Positions 21,617 through 32,639 are shown, counted from the stretch's first letter. The stretch: 64,000 nucleotides of DNA from an uncultured Myxococcota bacterium (GCA_964196455.1 CAXMUJ010000215.1:5405-69404), one strand, 5' to 3'. Translations and numbers: made by a program. The notes: generated from the sequence alone by a model not told the origin.

Positions 21617-21626
21617 CTATAATACC

Positions 21627-22316
21627 CTAACGGATAAAGCGACCGGTCTTAAGAAACGCAACGACCTGATCATAGACCTTGGGATTGTTCATCATGAACG
21701 TATGGGTCACCGGCAAGGTAATATGGTCGGTCATACCCTCGACCTTGGTGCTTTCGACGGAAACTTTACCGTCGTGAGGACCGCCAAACTTGTTGGTCAT
21801 TGACGGCATAATGTGCTGTGTTCCGGCTATAACACCCAAGGAAAAATTAACCGGGCCCATTTGATTGGGAATAGAGTTCGGATCGGTACCCAATTGGGCT
21901 CCGGCAATTCCGTTGAACACATCGAAACCGGGAACATCCTTGAATTCGTCGACGATCGGCGAGCCGTGATTGGGTGGCCCCATCATCACAACATGGCCCA
22001 AATTGGGAAGGTCTGCGTCTTTGAGGTATTGTCGCACCAGCAATCCCCCCATTGAATGGGTCACGAAATGCACCCGACGCGCACCAGCACAGTCCGCAAC
22101 GGCCGCTGGCAAAATGTCATGTGCAAGAGTGCGGATGCTCGTCTTTTTCGACGGGTAGTCCTTGTTTACGACGGTAAAGCCATCAATATCCAGACGGGTT
22201 GCCAGCACTTCCATCGACAAGGCACTGCGGGCAAGACCATGCAGGATAATCACACAATCATCCGCCTGCACAGGCGGTGCCGTTGACAGCAGTATGGGGA
22301 TCAACAATCTCTTCAT
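21627..22316 (-). CDS. secreted alpha/beta-hydrolase (esterase/lipase-like)
   Basis: A signal-peptide-like MKRLLIPILLSTAPPVQA is followed by IILHGL, the nucleophile elbow THSMGG and a C-terminal His region. Confidence 0.8.
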   Translation of the reverse strand: MKRLLIPILLSTAPPVQADDCVIILHGLARSALSMEVLATRLDIDGFTVVNKDYPSKKTSIRTLAHDILPAAVADCAGARRVHFVTHSMGGLLVRQYLKDADLPNLGHVVMMGPPNHGSPIVDEFKDVPGFDVFNGIAGAQLGTDPNSIPNQMGPVNFSLGVIAGTQHIMPSMTNKFGGPHDGKVSVESTKVEGMTDHITLPVTHTFMMNNPKVYDQVVAFLKTGRFIR

Positions 22317-22347
22317 AACTTCAAAGTAGGTCCTTTTGGTCTAATTA

Positions 22348-23199
22348 CTAGGCATTACGTTGCGCACCGGCCCAAATTGACAGGCCAACACCCACCACAA
22401 CCAAAGTCGCCGACACAAGAAACGCATTGGTAACTGGCTCACCCAGAAATGCCCACCCGCCTAACATCGCAATCAGCGGAACCGTGAGTTGCGACACTGC
22501 GGCAATACTTGTCTGGAGCATCGGCAACACATGATACCACAACGCATAGCCCAGTCCAGACGTCACCGCCCCCGACAGACAGGCCAACAGCACGCCTTGC
22601 ACGGTGACTGTTTCACCGTTCGAAAACACCACTGCACCGGCTAATATCGCCACTGAAAACGGCAACGCGAGCAAAAAGTTTCGCGCCGTTGCCGCCAGAG
22701 GATCGCGAACGCCGCGCCCCACCAGCGAATATACACCCCATCCGAGTGCGGCGACGATCATCAAGGCCGCACCGCCAATGTCGGGCGCCGCGGCACCGGG
22801 TAACAACAGATACACAAGCCCGCCAAACGCCAGCGCCGACCCGACCCATTGCAGCGCCACAGGTCGCTGTCCCTGATACACGGCGCCCGCAAACATTGTC
22901 ATCTGAACACCACCAAACATGATCAGCGCGCCAATGCCGGTATCAAGCCACAGGTAAGCATAGGAAAACCCGACCACATAGGCCAACAGACTAAATACTG
23001 CCACCCAGTGTGTTTTAATAGCGTCGCTCTGGTCGCGCCTGAACTGCAACAATATCCCCAACACCAGCGCCCCGGAACCAAGCCGGATCGTGGCAAAGCT
23101 TGCCGGTCCGATCCACTGGTCTGACAGGGCAATTCGGTTCAAAACAGAATTTGCGGCAAAGGCAATCATTGTTAAAACAACTAAGAGAAAAAGGCGCAT
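22348..23199 (-). CDS. DMT superfamily (EamA-like) transporter
   Basis: The 283-aa ORF has about 10 hydrophobic helices and an EamA-like N-terminus MIAFAANSVLNRIAL. Confidence 0.85.
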   Translation of the reverse strand: MRLFLLVVLTMIAFAANSVLNRIALSDQWIGPASFATIRLGSGALVLGILLQFRRDQSDAIKTHWVAVFSLLAYVVGFSYAYLWLDTGIGALIMFGGVQMTMFAGAVYQGQRPVALQWVGSALAFGGLVYLLLPGAAAPDIGGAALMIVAALGWGVYSLVGRGVRDPLAATARNFLLALPFSVAILAGAVVFSNGETVTVQGVLLACLSGAVTSGLGYALWYHVLPMLQTSIAAVSQLTVPLIAMLGGWAFLGEPVTNAFLVSATLVVVGVGLSIWAGAQRNA

Positions 23200-23229
23200 T
23201 CGAGTTCCATTCAGAGGGCAATGCCGCCT

Positions 23230-23715
23230 CTATATCACCGCAAATGCCTTTGCATATTCAATTTCCCTTGAGAGCATCGAAAAACCTCCGATGTCGAAAA
23301 CTGAAGCGGCTGTAAATTCTGATGCGTATGGCGTCGAAAAATCGCTGGCCGCCGACACGTCAAAGCCAAAGCGATTATAATAGTTGGGATCGCCCAAAAC
23401 AAATGCAGCTGTCCAACCTGCCTCTTCGGCCTCTTCCAATGCCGTATGGATTAGGGCCGAACCGACGCCCTCGCCCTGATGGCCGGGTACAACTGACACC
23501 GGGGCCAAAGCCAAACAGTTCGCAGGCTTGATGAGCCGCGACATCACCAGATGCCCGACAAGTTCGTCAAACAAAGTTGCGACCCATTCATAGGCTATTC
23601 GCTTTTCTTTGCGAAGCGAGGCAACAAGCAAAGCTTCGTCATGGCGGCCGAACGCTGCATCAATCAAATTGGCCGCTCTATCCCTGTCACGAGGCTGTGC
23701 AAGACGGATAAACAT
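23230..23715 (-). CDS. GNAT family N-acetyltransferase
   Basis: The 161-aa ORF has the acetyl-CoA motif PGHQGEGVGSALI and YYNRFGF. Confidence 0.85.
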   Translation of the reverse strand: MFIRLAQPRDRDRAANLIDAAFGRHDEALLVASLRKEKRIAYEWVATLFDELVGHLVMSRLIKPANCLALAPVSVVPGHQGEGVGSALIHTALEEAEEAGWTAAFVLGDPNYYNRFGFDVSAASDFSTPYASEFTAASVFDIGGFSMLSREIEYAKAFAVI

Positions 23716-23761
23716 GAAACCAGACTATCACAAAATGTGAGTCGCAGCCAAACCGTGTCGC

Positions 23762-24727
23762 CTAGTCTGCCAGATGACGCTTGCAGAATGTCGCAATCTG
23801 GGCGATGGCACCGTCTGCCTCGGGCAGATATCCGGCCAGCAGATGCCAAACATGCGAACAGTCGGAAAAAACTTGTAGCTCGGTCTCGACGCCAACAATT
23901 CGAAGCTTCTCTTCGATCCGCTCGGCGTCGCTAAGCAAAATTTCGGTACTGCCTGCCTGTATCAGAACCGGCGGACAGCCAGCCAGTTTGGCAAATAGCG
24001 GCGAGGCAAGCGGCAGAGCCGGATCGGCCCCTTCCAGATAAATCTCGTTGAGCATATCCGCCTGCCCAGAAGGCAACACAGGATCACGCGATGCATTATA
24101 TCCAAACGACGTGCCACTGTAGGTTAAATCAACAACTGGCGACATCAACACAGCAACCGCTGGTTTGGGCAGCCCCTGTTCAATAACTTGCGACAACAGA
24201 CCAAGCGCCAGATTTCCGCCGGCGCTGTCACCCGCCAAAATGATCTGATCAGCGTTGTATCCGACGGCCAACAAGCCCCGATAGCATGCCAGAACATCAT
24301 CGCAGGCAGCGGGAAACGGATGCTCCGGCGCCAAGCGATAGTCCGGAACAAATGCCTGCGCATCCAGCTGCCCCGCCACGCGCGCCGCCAGTTTTGCATA
24401 AGACTGCGAACTGCCGGCAACGAAACCGCCACCATGCAGAAACAGCACCACCCGATCGGACCTGCTGTGTTGTGTACCAGTCCACAGACCTCTGATTGTC
24501 ACCCCGTCCACAGTATATGTCGCCGGACTTGTCCAAAATCCATGCGGCGCGAGAAACCACCGGCTGGTTGTTTCAAACATGTCGCGCAGGGCAATCGGAT
24601 TTTCTGAACGTTGTAAAACCGGCTTTAAAAACAGCCGGCTGAAAACAGTAAGACCTTTGAGGCGAATAGACACGAGCACTCCTATTTTGAGCCAGTTTAG
24701 GCAGAACTGCCCAGAATGCCAATTCAC
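23762..24727 (-). CDS. alpha/beta-hydrolase fold-3 esterase (HSL/Aes-like)
   Basis: The oxyanion motif LHGGGFVAGS, the nucleophile GDSAGGNLA and the downstream HVWH are present. The start is uncertain. Confidence 0.85.
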   Translation of the reverse strand: MNWHSGQFCLNWLKIGVLVSIRLKGLTVFSRLFLKPVLQRSENPIALRDMFETTSRWFLAPHGFWTSPATYTVDGVTIRGLWTGTQHSRSDRVVLFLHGGGFVAGSSQSYAKLAARVAGQLDAQAFVPDYRLAPEHPFPAACDDVLACYRGLLAVGYNADQIILAGDSAGGNLALGLLSQVIEQGLPKPAVAVLMSPVVDLTYSGTSFGYNASRDPVLPSGQADMLNEIYLEGADPALPLASPLFAKLAGCPPVLIQAGSTEILLSDAERIEEKLRIVGVETELQVFSDCSHVWHLLAGYLPEADGAIAQIATFCKRHLAD

Positions 24728-24763
24728 AATACAGCGGCTGCCCGTCCAGAAATGTTTCCGGCT

Positions 24764-25150
24764 TCACCCTTTGAAAACATTCTCTCTATGCCACTCTAGA
24801 AAGGCGGGATGCGGTGCTAAATTGAAGGCAGCTTGGCGCTTTCTGGTGGCAACAATGCGTCCGCAGTTCGGCCTTGCACGCGGCACATTTTGTTCAAACG
24901 TCCACAAGCTGCCAGGCGTCACGATGGCGTAACTTCGTTCTGCATTCACCGGATCAGGAACAATTTTCTCAATCTTTTGAATTGCGTAGAACCCAGGAGA
25001 GCCGGATTTTAACCCCGAGTACAGCACAACCCAGTCACCAACAGCTTTGGCCATAGTTGAAAGATAAGACCGATTTGGAAAGTTGTAACGATCTCCGGGA
25101 ACATCGTCGTAAATAGAAATAGGGTTTGAAATCAATACCAGTTTGGCCAT
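24764..25150 (-). CDS. hypothetical protein, a PUA-like N-terminal module of an HNH-endonuclease family without the nuclease core (possible gene remnant)
   Basis: The 128-aa ORF has N-terminus IYDDVPGDRYNFPNRSYL...VGDWVVLY...PDP and C-terminus HPAFLEWHRENVFKG. By eye it is AT-richer than its neighbours. See the finding at these coordinates. Confidence 0.4.
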   Translation of the reverse strand: MAKLVLISNPISIYDDVPGDRYNFPNRSYLSTMAKAVGDWVVLYSGLKSGSPGFYAIQKIEKIVPDPVNAERSYAIVTPGSLWTFEQNVPRARPNCGRIVATRKRQAAFNLAPHPAFLEWHRENVFKG

Positions 25151-25185
25151 CAGCCAAGGTTAGGATGTTGTGCAATAAAAGCAAT

Positions 25186-25215
25186 AAAAAAGGGGCCGCC
25201 CAACAAGGCGGCCCC
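25186..25215 (-). terminator. intrinsic terminator of groESL
   Basis: The minus strand reads GGGGCCGCC-ttgttg-GGCGGCCCC followed by TTTTTT, 28 nt after the groEL stop. Confidence 0.85.
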
Positions 25216-25242
25216 GATAATTCAACGCAACAGCGCGGATGA

Positions 25243-26904
<1,662 letters not shown>

Positions 26905-26924
26905 CTAATTCGTCTACGAGTGGA

Positions 26925-27209
26925 TTAGAGAAGGCCGAGAATGTCGGATTCTTTCATGATCAACAGCTCTTCGCCGTCGATGGTAACCTCTGTGCCGGAC
27001 CATTTGCCGAACAGAACCTTGTCACCGGCTTTAACAGCCATAGCGATCAGCTCGCCGCTGTCTTTGCGCGCGCCTTCACCGGCAGCGATGATTTCGCCTT
27101 CGGCTGGTTTTTCTTTTGCCGATTCTGGGATGATCAGACCGCCAGCGGTTTTCTCTTCGCCTTCGAGGCGACGGACCAGTACACGGTCGTGCAGAGGTGT
27201 AAATGCCAT
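26925..27209 (-). CDS. groES: co-chaperonin GroES
   Basis: [28 protein letters not shown] is present, with a GGAG Shine-Dalgarno 8 nt upstream of the ATG at 27209. The track start at 27242 is an extension. Confidence 0.96.
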   Translation of the reverse strand: MAFTPLHDRVLVRRLEGEEKTAGGLIIPESAKEKPAEGEIIAAGEGARKDSGELIAMAVKAGDKVLFGKWSGTEVTIDGEELLIMKESDILGLL

Positions 27210-27267
27210 TAGGATTGCTCCGTTTTTACGATTAAATTTCAAGTCTTCGGGAGGTTAGGTAACCAAA

Positions 27268-27294
27268 TTAGCACTCACCTCCGAGGAGTGCTAA
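27268..27294. promoter_or_regulatory. CIRCE operator (HrcA binding site)
   Basis: A perfect TTAGCACTC-N9-GAGTGCTAA inverted repeat lies in the groES 5' leader. Confidence 0.92.
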
Positions 27295-27304
27295 CAGCGG
27301 ATAA

Positions 27305-27331
27305 ATAATGGGGCGACCCATCGGAGTCAAG
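27305..27331 (-). promoter_or_regulatory. sigma-32 (RpoH)-type promoter of groESL
   Basis: The minus strand reads CTTGAC-N12-CCCCATTAT immediately upstream of CIRCE. The spacer is one nt shorter than the E. coli groE promoter as I recall it. Confidence 0.6.
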
Positions 27332-27542
27332 GTAAATGGCAGGGATTACCGCCAACAAAGACCAAGTTGGGCAAGATGATTCCGATCATGTTGATTAAAG
27401 ACTAATAATATCAATACTTTATCTCACAGTATGTGGCCGTGTCAGACGTTGAATTCCGACCGAAACCGGCACCAAAGCTAGGGACATCCACCGGAAAATC
27501 CTTCGGTCTGGTCAAGCACCAGAGAGGCTGATAGAGGAGGGC

Positions 27543-28427
27543 ATGACAAAAATTATCAACAGTTTAGACCAGATATCCAATCACTACAGCGCCGTATTTT
27601 GCGATTTGTGGGGGTGTTTGCACAATGGCATTCGGCCCTTCGAGAATGCGGTGTCGGCACTGGCGCATTTCCGCGATGCTGGCGGCACGGTATTACTGCT
27701 GACCAACTCTCCGCGCCCGTCACAATCTGTTTATACCCAGCTCGATGACATCGGGGTGGCGCGTGAGCTTTATCATGGCATTGTCTCCAGCGGTGATGCC
27801 GCACGCTCTGCTATGTCCACAGGCCTTTTCGGCCGCCGGGTTTATCACGTGGGCCCACAACGCGATCTTGGCTTCTTCCAAGGTGTAAGCACCGAAGACT
27901 TTTATCAGGGCATAGATGTCGAGCTGGTTTCGTTGGACCAAGCCGAGGGTATAGTTTGCACCGGCTTGTTTGACGACAAGACCGAAACGCCGGCGGATTA
28001 TGCCGACGTATTCGGCAAGGCCAAAGAGTTGGGTCTAAAAATGCTCTGTGCCAATCCGGACATTGTTGTCGATCACGGTGACACGCGCATTTATTGCGCC
28101 GGTGCGCTGGCCGAGGCCTACACGGATATGGGCGGCGAGGCGCATTATTTCGGCAAGCCGCACGCGCCGATCTATGATCTGGCGCGCAAGCGGTTGACCT
28201 CTATCACCGGACAAATCATCGACGACACAAAAATCCTGTGTGTTGGCGACGGGATCAACACAGACATCAGAGGCGCAATTGCCGAAGATCTGGACAGCTT
28301 ATTCATCACCAGCGGCTTGGCAGCCAGCGAAACAATGGCTGGAGCAACGATCCAGACAGACCAACTGGCCAATTATTTTGCCGCCGTGCAATTGACACCG
28401 ACCTATTCCATTGGTCATCTGCGATAG
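27543..28427 (+). CDS. HAD-superfamily class IIA hydrolase (TIGR01459-like)
   Basis: The HAD motif I FCDLWGCLHNG is present, along with LLTNSPR and the C-terminal GDGINTDIRGA. A GGAGG Shine-Dalgarno precedes the ATG. Confidence 0.8.
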   Translation: MTKIINSLDQISNHYSAVFCDLWGCLHNGIRPFENAVSALAHFRDAGGTVLLLTNSPRPSQSVYTQLDDIGVARELYHGIVSSGDAARSAMSTGLFGRRVYHVGPQRDLGFFQGVSTEDFYQGIDVELVSLDQAEGIVCTGLFDDKTETPADYADVFGKAKELGLKMLCANPDIVVDHGDTRIYCAGALAEAYTDMGGEAHYFGKPHAPIYDLARKRLTSITGQIIDDTKILCVGDGINTDIRGAIAEDLDSLFITSGLAASETMAGATIQTDQLANYFAAVQLTPTYSIGHLR

Positions 28428-28448
28428 CGCGAACAGGGGCCAGCATAA

Positions 28449-29387
28449 ATGCAGATCGTAAGAGACTATCAATTTGTTGATCCGGCCGATCGCGGTGCGA
28501 CTGTCGCTATTGGAAATTTCGACGGTGTTCATGTGGGTCATCAGTCGGTGATCGGCCTGACCGCAGACATTGCTGCTCGATCGGGCACAAGGCTAGGCGT
28601 TTTGACGTTCGAACCACACCCGCGTGAATATTTTGCGCCCGATGCGCCCGCGTTTCGCCTGATGAATGCCGAAGCCAAAGAAAACCGGCTGGAAAAACTG
28701 GGTGTCTCGCACCTCTATCAGTTGAATTTCAACGCAGCCCTGTCCGGCCTCAGTGCAGAAGAGTTCGCCCGCGACGTCATTGCACAAGGTCTGGGATTGC
28801 ATCACGTTGTCATCGGGTCTGATTTTTGTTTTGGCAAAGGCCGCAGCGGCACTGCCGACACGCTGGTCATGCTGGGAAAGCTGTACGGCTTTGACGTGAC
28901 CGTGGTCGATTTGATCCGGGACGGCAAAGAGGTCTATTCCTCAACCGCAATCAGAACGGCCCTGTCAGACGGCCGCCCACAAGACGCCGCCCGAATGCTG
29001 GGCCATTTGCACAGGATCGAGGGGCAAGTCATCCACGGCGATCAACGCGGGCGCGAGTTGGGCTTTCCGACTGCAAACCTGGCTCTGGATGGGCTGCACA
29101 GACCCAGATATGGCGTTTATGCCGTAGTCGTCGACATTCTGGACGGGGCCCATAAGGGGCGCTATCACGGCGCTGCATCCATCGGTTTACGCCCGACATT
29201 TGGCGTAAATATTGCCAATCTGGAGGTGTTCCTCTTTGATTTTTCCGGCGATCTGTATGGCGCAACACTCTCGGTGGCCTTGGTCGAGTTTCAACGACCG
29301 GAAGTGAAGTTTGACAGCCTTGACGCCCTGATCGAGCAGATGGATGCTGATTGCATCGAAAGCCGCAAAATACTGTCGGCCTTATGA
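28449..29387 (+). CDS. ribF: bifunctional riboflavin kinase / FAD synthetase
   Basis: IGNFDGVHVGHQ is present, followed by the kinase part GRELGFPTANL...GVYAV...RPTF. Confidence 0.93.
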   Translation: MQIVRDYQFVDPADRGATVAIGNFDGVHVGHQSVIGLTADIAARSGTRLGVLTFEPHPREYFAPDAPAFRLMNAEAKENRLEKLGVSHLYQLNFNAALSGLSAEEFARDVIAQGLGLHHVVIGSDFCFGKGRSGTADTLVMLGKLYGFDVTVVDLIRDGKEVYSSTAIRTALSDGRPQDAARMLGHLHRIEGQVIHGDQRGRELGFPTANLALDGLHRPRYGVYAVVVDILDGAHKGRYHGAASIGLRPTFGVNIANLEVFLFDFSGDLYGATLSVALVEFQRPEVKFDSLDALIEQMDADCIESRKILSAL

Positions 29388-29842
29388 CAGGGTCTAATCT
29401 GCGCAAGAACTTCTGGAAAAAATTTGACATAGGCGACCTGTCAAAACCCGAATGGGAAGCCCTGTGCGACGGCTGTGGCAAATGTTGCATGATCAAGCTG
29501 GAGGACCACGAGACAGCGGAGGTGAAATATACCAACGTTGCCTGTCGTCTGTTTGATGCCGAAACCTGTCGCTGTGGCAACTATGCTTTGCGCCGACAGA
29601 TGGTCGCCGGATGCGTGGTGTTGACGCCGGAAAACATCGAACGCAACGCGCATTGGATGCCCGGCACCTGTGCCTACCGCCTGTTACAAAATGGCGACCC
29701 CCTGCCCGACTGGCATCCGCTGATCACCGGCAATTCCGACAGCGTGCACACCGCCAATATTTCCATGCAAGGCAACGTTTTATTCGAATACGAGGTCGCC
29801 GAGGAAGATCTTGAAGATCACATCGTAGAAGGGCTTCAATAA
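29384..29842 (+). CDS. YcgN family cysteine-cluster protein (UPF0260)
   Basis: EWEALCDGCGKCCMIKLED...VACRLFDAETCRCGNY is present. The ATG overlaps the ribF stop (ATGA). Confidence 0.8.
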   Translation: MTGSNLRKNFWKKFDIGDLSKPEWEALCDGCGKCCMIKLEDHETAEVKYTNVACRLFDAETCRCGNYALRRQMVAGCVVLTPENIERNAHWMPGTCAYRLLQNGDPLPDWHPLITGNSDSVHTANISMQGNVLFEYEVAEEDLEDHIVEGLQ

Positions 29843-30900
29843 TGAATTTTGCGTCTGACACCTGGGCCCCTGCCCATCCCAAAGTTCTGGAAGCACTGCA
29901 CACAGTTAACGCCGGTAATTTTCCCGCCTACGGCGACGATGCGTCGATGGAACGGGTAACCGAAATGATCCGCGATATGTTTGAGGCCCCGCAAGCCGCT
30001 GTCTATTTGGTGTCCACCGGCACTGCGGCCAATAGCCTGGCACTGGCGACCTATGCAATGCCTTGGTCGGCCATTTACTGTCACGAGCTGGCGCATATCG
30101 ACGATGATGAATGCGGTGGCCCAGAGTTTTTCACCGGCGGTGCCAAACTGGTATTGTTACCGGGCAAACACGGCAAGGTTTTGCCCAGCGTCCTGTCCGA
30201 AAAACTCGCGGTCAAACCGCGACGCGATGTACACAAAATTCAGAACGGAGTTCTGTCGCTGACCAATGTCACCGAGCTTGGTGCCGTCTACAGCGCAGCG
30301 GAAATATCCGCCTTGGCGGATGTGGCCAAATCGCACGATCTGCCGGTGCATCTGGACGGGGCGCGGTTTTCCAACGCCATCGTCGCCAGCGGTGCGACAC
30401 CAGCGGAAATGACCTGGAAAGCCGGTGTCGATGTCGTCAGTTTCGGCGGTAGCAAAAATGGTCTGATGGGGGTCGAAGCCGTGGTCCTGTTCGATCCGGA
30501 CAAGGCCTGGGAATTCGAGCTGCGCCGCAAACGTGCCGGCCATCTGGTTGCCAAACACCGATACCTGTCAGCCCAGATGGAGGCCTATTTGAGCAACAAC
30601 CTGTGGCGCGAACTGGCGGAAAACGCCAATGCTCAAGGCGCCTATCTGGCAAAGGGCCTCGGTTCGGTTGACGGGGCGTGGTTTGTTCATCCCCAAGAGG
30701 CAAACATGATGTTCTGCGCCTGGGACCGCCCGGGCCACGACCGTGCCCGCGCGGCAAACGTCCCGCTTGGTAGCTATACCATAGAGGGTCGGGATGGACG
30801 CGACCAAATGGCCGCACGTTTGGTCACAAACTGGTCCACCACCACGTCAGAGGTCGATCAGTTTGTTGACCTGATTGCTCAGCCCGGTTCGGCCAGATAG
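29842..30900 (+). CDS. ltaE: low-specificity L-threonine aldolase (beta-eliminating lyase family, PLP-dependent)
   Basis: The 352-aa ORF contains MNFASDT, GTAANSLAL and GGSKNG (PLP Lys region). Confidence 0.8.
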   Translation: MNFASDTWAPAHPKVLEALHTVNAGNFPAYGDDASMERVTEMIRDMFEAPQAAVYLVSTGTAANSLALATYAMPWSAIYCHELAHIDDDECGGPEFFTGGAKLVLLPGKHGKVLPSVLSEKLAVKPRRDVHKIQNGVLSLTNVTELGAVYSAAEISALADVAKSHDLPVHLDGARFSNAIVASGATPAEMTWKAGVDVVSFGGSKNGLMGVEAVVLFDPDKAWEFELRRKRAGHLVAKHRYLSAQMEAYLSNNLWRELAENANAQGAYLAKGLGSVDGAWFVHPQEANMMFCAWDRPGHDRARAANVPLGSYTIEGRDGRDQMAARLVTNWSTTTSEVDQFVDLIAQPGSAR

Positions 30901-31523
30901 TCGTCCAGATAATCGAGCCTGTCCTGACCAAAAAACACCTGATCACCGACCAGATAACTCGGCGAGCCAAAAACATTGCGCCTGACCGCCTCGTCGGTGT
31001 TGCGGTGCAGGGTTTCCGCACCGCTGAGCATACCGCTGTTGACCAACTCCGGATCAAATCCGTTTTCAGTCAGCTGTTCACGAATGACAACTTCGTCCGC
31101 GATGTCCTTTTGCTCGACCCAGCAGGCCCGAAGCAGGCCTTGCACCAAACCGCCCAGATTGCCGCCACCAGCGGTTTGCGCCGCGACTATTGCGAAACAC
31201 GCAGGTGCGGGATTGGTTGAAAAATATGTCGGCTTCGCGTTGATCGGCATTCCGGTTCGCCTGGAAATGCGTGCCAATTCCTGCAACCGGTACGCCCGGC
31301 GCGATTCGTGGCGCTGTGATAACGGCAGCGTTCCGGTCGCCTCAAACACTTTCATCAGCACCATGGGTTTATATTCGATTGTGGCGCCATGTTTGGCGGC
31401 GATTTCTTCCAACTTGTTGCCGGCCAAATAGGTAAATGGTGACAAGGGAAACATGAAATAGTCAATATGAGCCAAGCCGGCCTCCTTATTTTGCTTTGGT
31501 AACGCTATCAGGCCGGTAACCAC
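30879..31523 (-). CDS. 2-hydroxychromene-2-carboxylate isomerase family protein (DsbA-like fold)
   Basis: IDYFMFPLSPFTYL...VFGSPSYLVGDQVFFGQDRLDYL is present. The true start is probably internal to the listed ORF. Its 3' end overlaps ltaE by 22 nt. Confidence 0.78.
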   Translation of the reverse strand: MVTGLIALPKQNKEAGLAHIDYFMFPLSPFTYLAGNKLEEIAAKHGATIEYKPMVLMKVFEATGTLPLSQRHESRRAYRLQELARISRRTGMPINAKPTYFSTNPAPACFAIVAAQTAGGGNLGGLVQGLLRACWVEQKDIADEVVIREQLTENGFDPELVNSGMLSGAETLHRNTDEAVRRNVFGSPSYLVGDQVFFGQDRLDYLDDYLAEPG

Positions 31524-31604
31524 TAGGCAAAGCTTGCCTTGGATGTTAAGGCCTCGACAGGTTACAAAACTGTCATATCCTTAGACAAAGCCGGAGCGCC
31601 ATCG

Positions 31605-32639
31605 ATGAAAAGCCTTATCGAACCGAAGCTGATCGCAGGGAATTCCAACCTTGATTTGTCCGAAGCAATTGCACGTCGCATGTCTATGCACCGTGGCAAA
31701 GCGGTCAAGTTGGTGGATACCCGGGTCGAACGATTTAACGATGGCGAGATATTCGTCGAAGTTTACGAGAACGTGCGGGGCGAGGACATGTTCATCCTGC
31801 AGTCCACATCAAACCCTGCCAATGACAATCTAATGGAATTGCTGATCATGGCCGACGCGCTGCGCCGGTCATCCGCAGAACGCATCACCGCAATTATCCC
31901 TTACTTTGGCTATGCGCGCCAAGATCGTCGCACCAAGGCCCGCACGCCGATCTCGGCCAAGCTGGTGGCCAATATGCTGGTCGGGGCCGGTATCGAGCGG
32001 GTTTTGACCATGGACTTGCACGCAACGCAGATCCAGGGCTTTTTTGATATTCCTGTGGACAACCTTTACGCAGCACCGGTCTTTGCGCTGGATATGCGTC
32101 ACAACTTTGGCAGCATGGACAAGGTGACCGTGGTGTCGCCTGACGTTGGCGGCGTGGCCCGTGCCCGTGAACTGGCCAAACGGATCGGCGCCGAACTGGC
32201 GATTGTTGACAAGCGCCGCAACAAGCCGGGCGAAATCGCCGAGATGACGGTCATCGGTGATGTCACCGGCCGCAATTGTGTGATCGTGGACGATATTTGC
32301 GACACGGCGGGCACGCTGTGCAAAGCCGCTGACGTATTGATGGAAGCCGGCGCATCAGAAGTGCATTCCTTTATCACCCACGGCGTTCTGTCTGGTCCGG
32401 CCGTGGACCGGCTGAACAAATCCAGTATGAAGCAACTGGTGATCACCGACTCGATCCAAGCAACTCCCGAGGTTGCCGCCTGCGAAAAAATCCGCATCGT
32501 ACCAACCGCGCCGATGTTCGCCCAAGCCATTCTGAACATTGCCAACGGCACATCAGTGTCGTCGCTGTTCGACGAAGATACGCTGGGTCCGATCTACGAT
32601 GGCTATTATAATAATACGCAAACGCGTCGCAGCGCCTAG
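31605..32639 (+). CDS. prs: ribose-phosphate pyrophosphokinase
   Basis: [15 protein letters not shown]...[11 protein letters not shown]...[11 protein letters not shown]...[11 protein letters not shown]...[12 protein letters not shown] is present. The track start at 31539 is an extension. Confidence 0.95.
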   Translation: MKSLIEPKLIAGNSNLDLSEAIARRMSMHRGKAVKLVDTRVERFNDGEIFVEVYENVRGEDMFILQSTSNPANDNLMELLIMADALRRSSAERITAIIPYFGYARQDRRTKARTPISAKLVANMLVGAGIERVLTMDLHATQIQGFFDIPVDNLYAAPVFALDMRHNFGSMDKVTVVSPDVGGVARARELAKRIGAELAIVDKRRNKPGEIAEMTVIGDVTGRNCVIVDDICDTAGTLCKAADVLMEAGASEVHSFITHGVLSGPAVDRLNKSSMKQLVITDSIQATPEVAACEKIRIVPTAPMFAQAILNIANGTSVSSLFDEDTLGPIYDGYYNNTQTRRSA

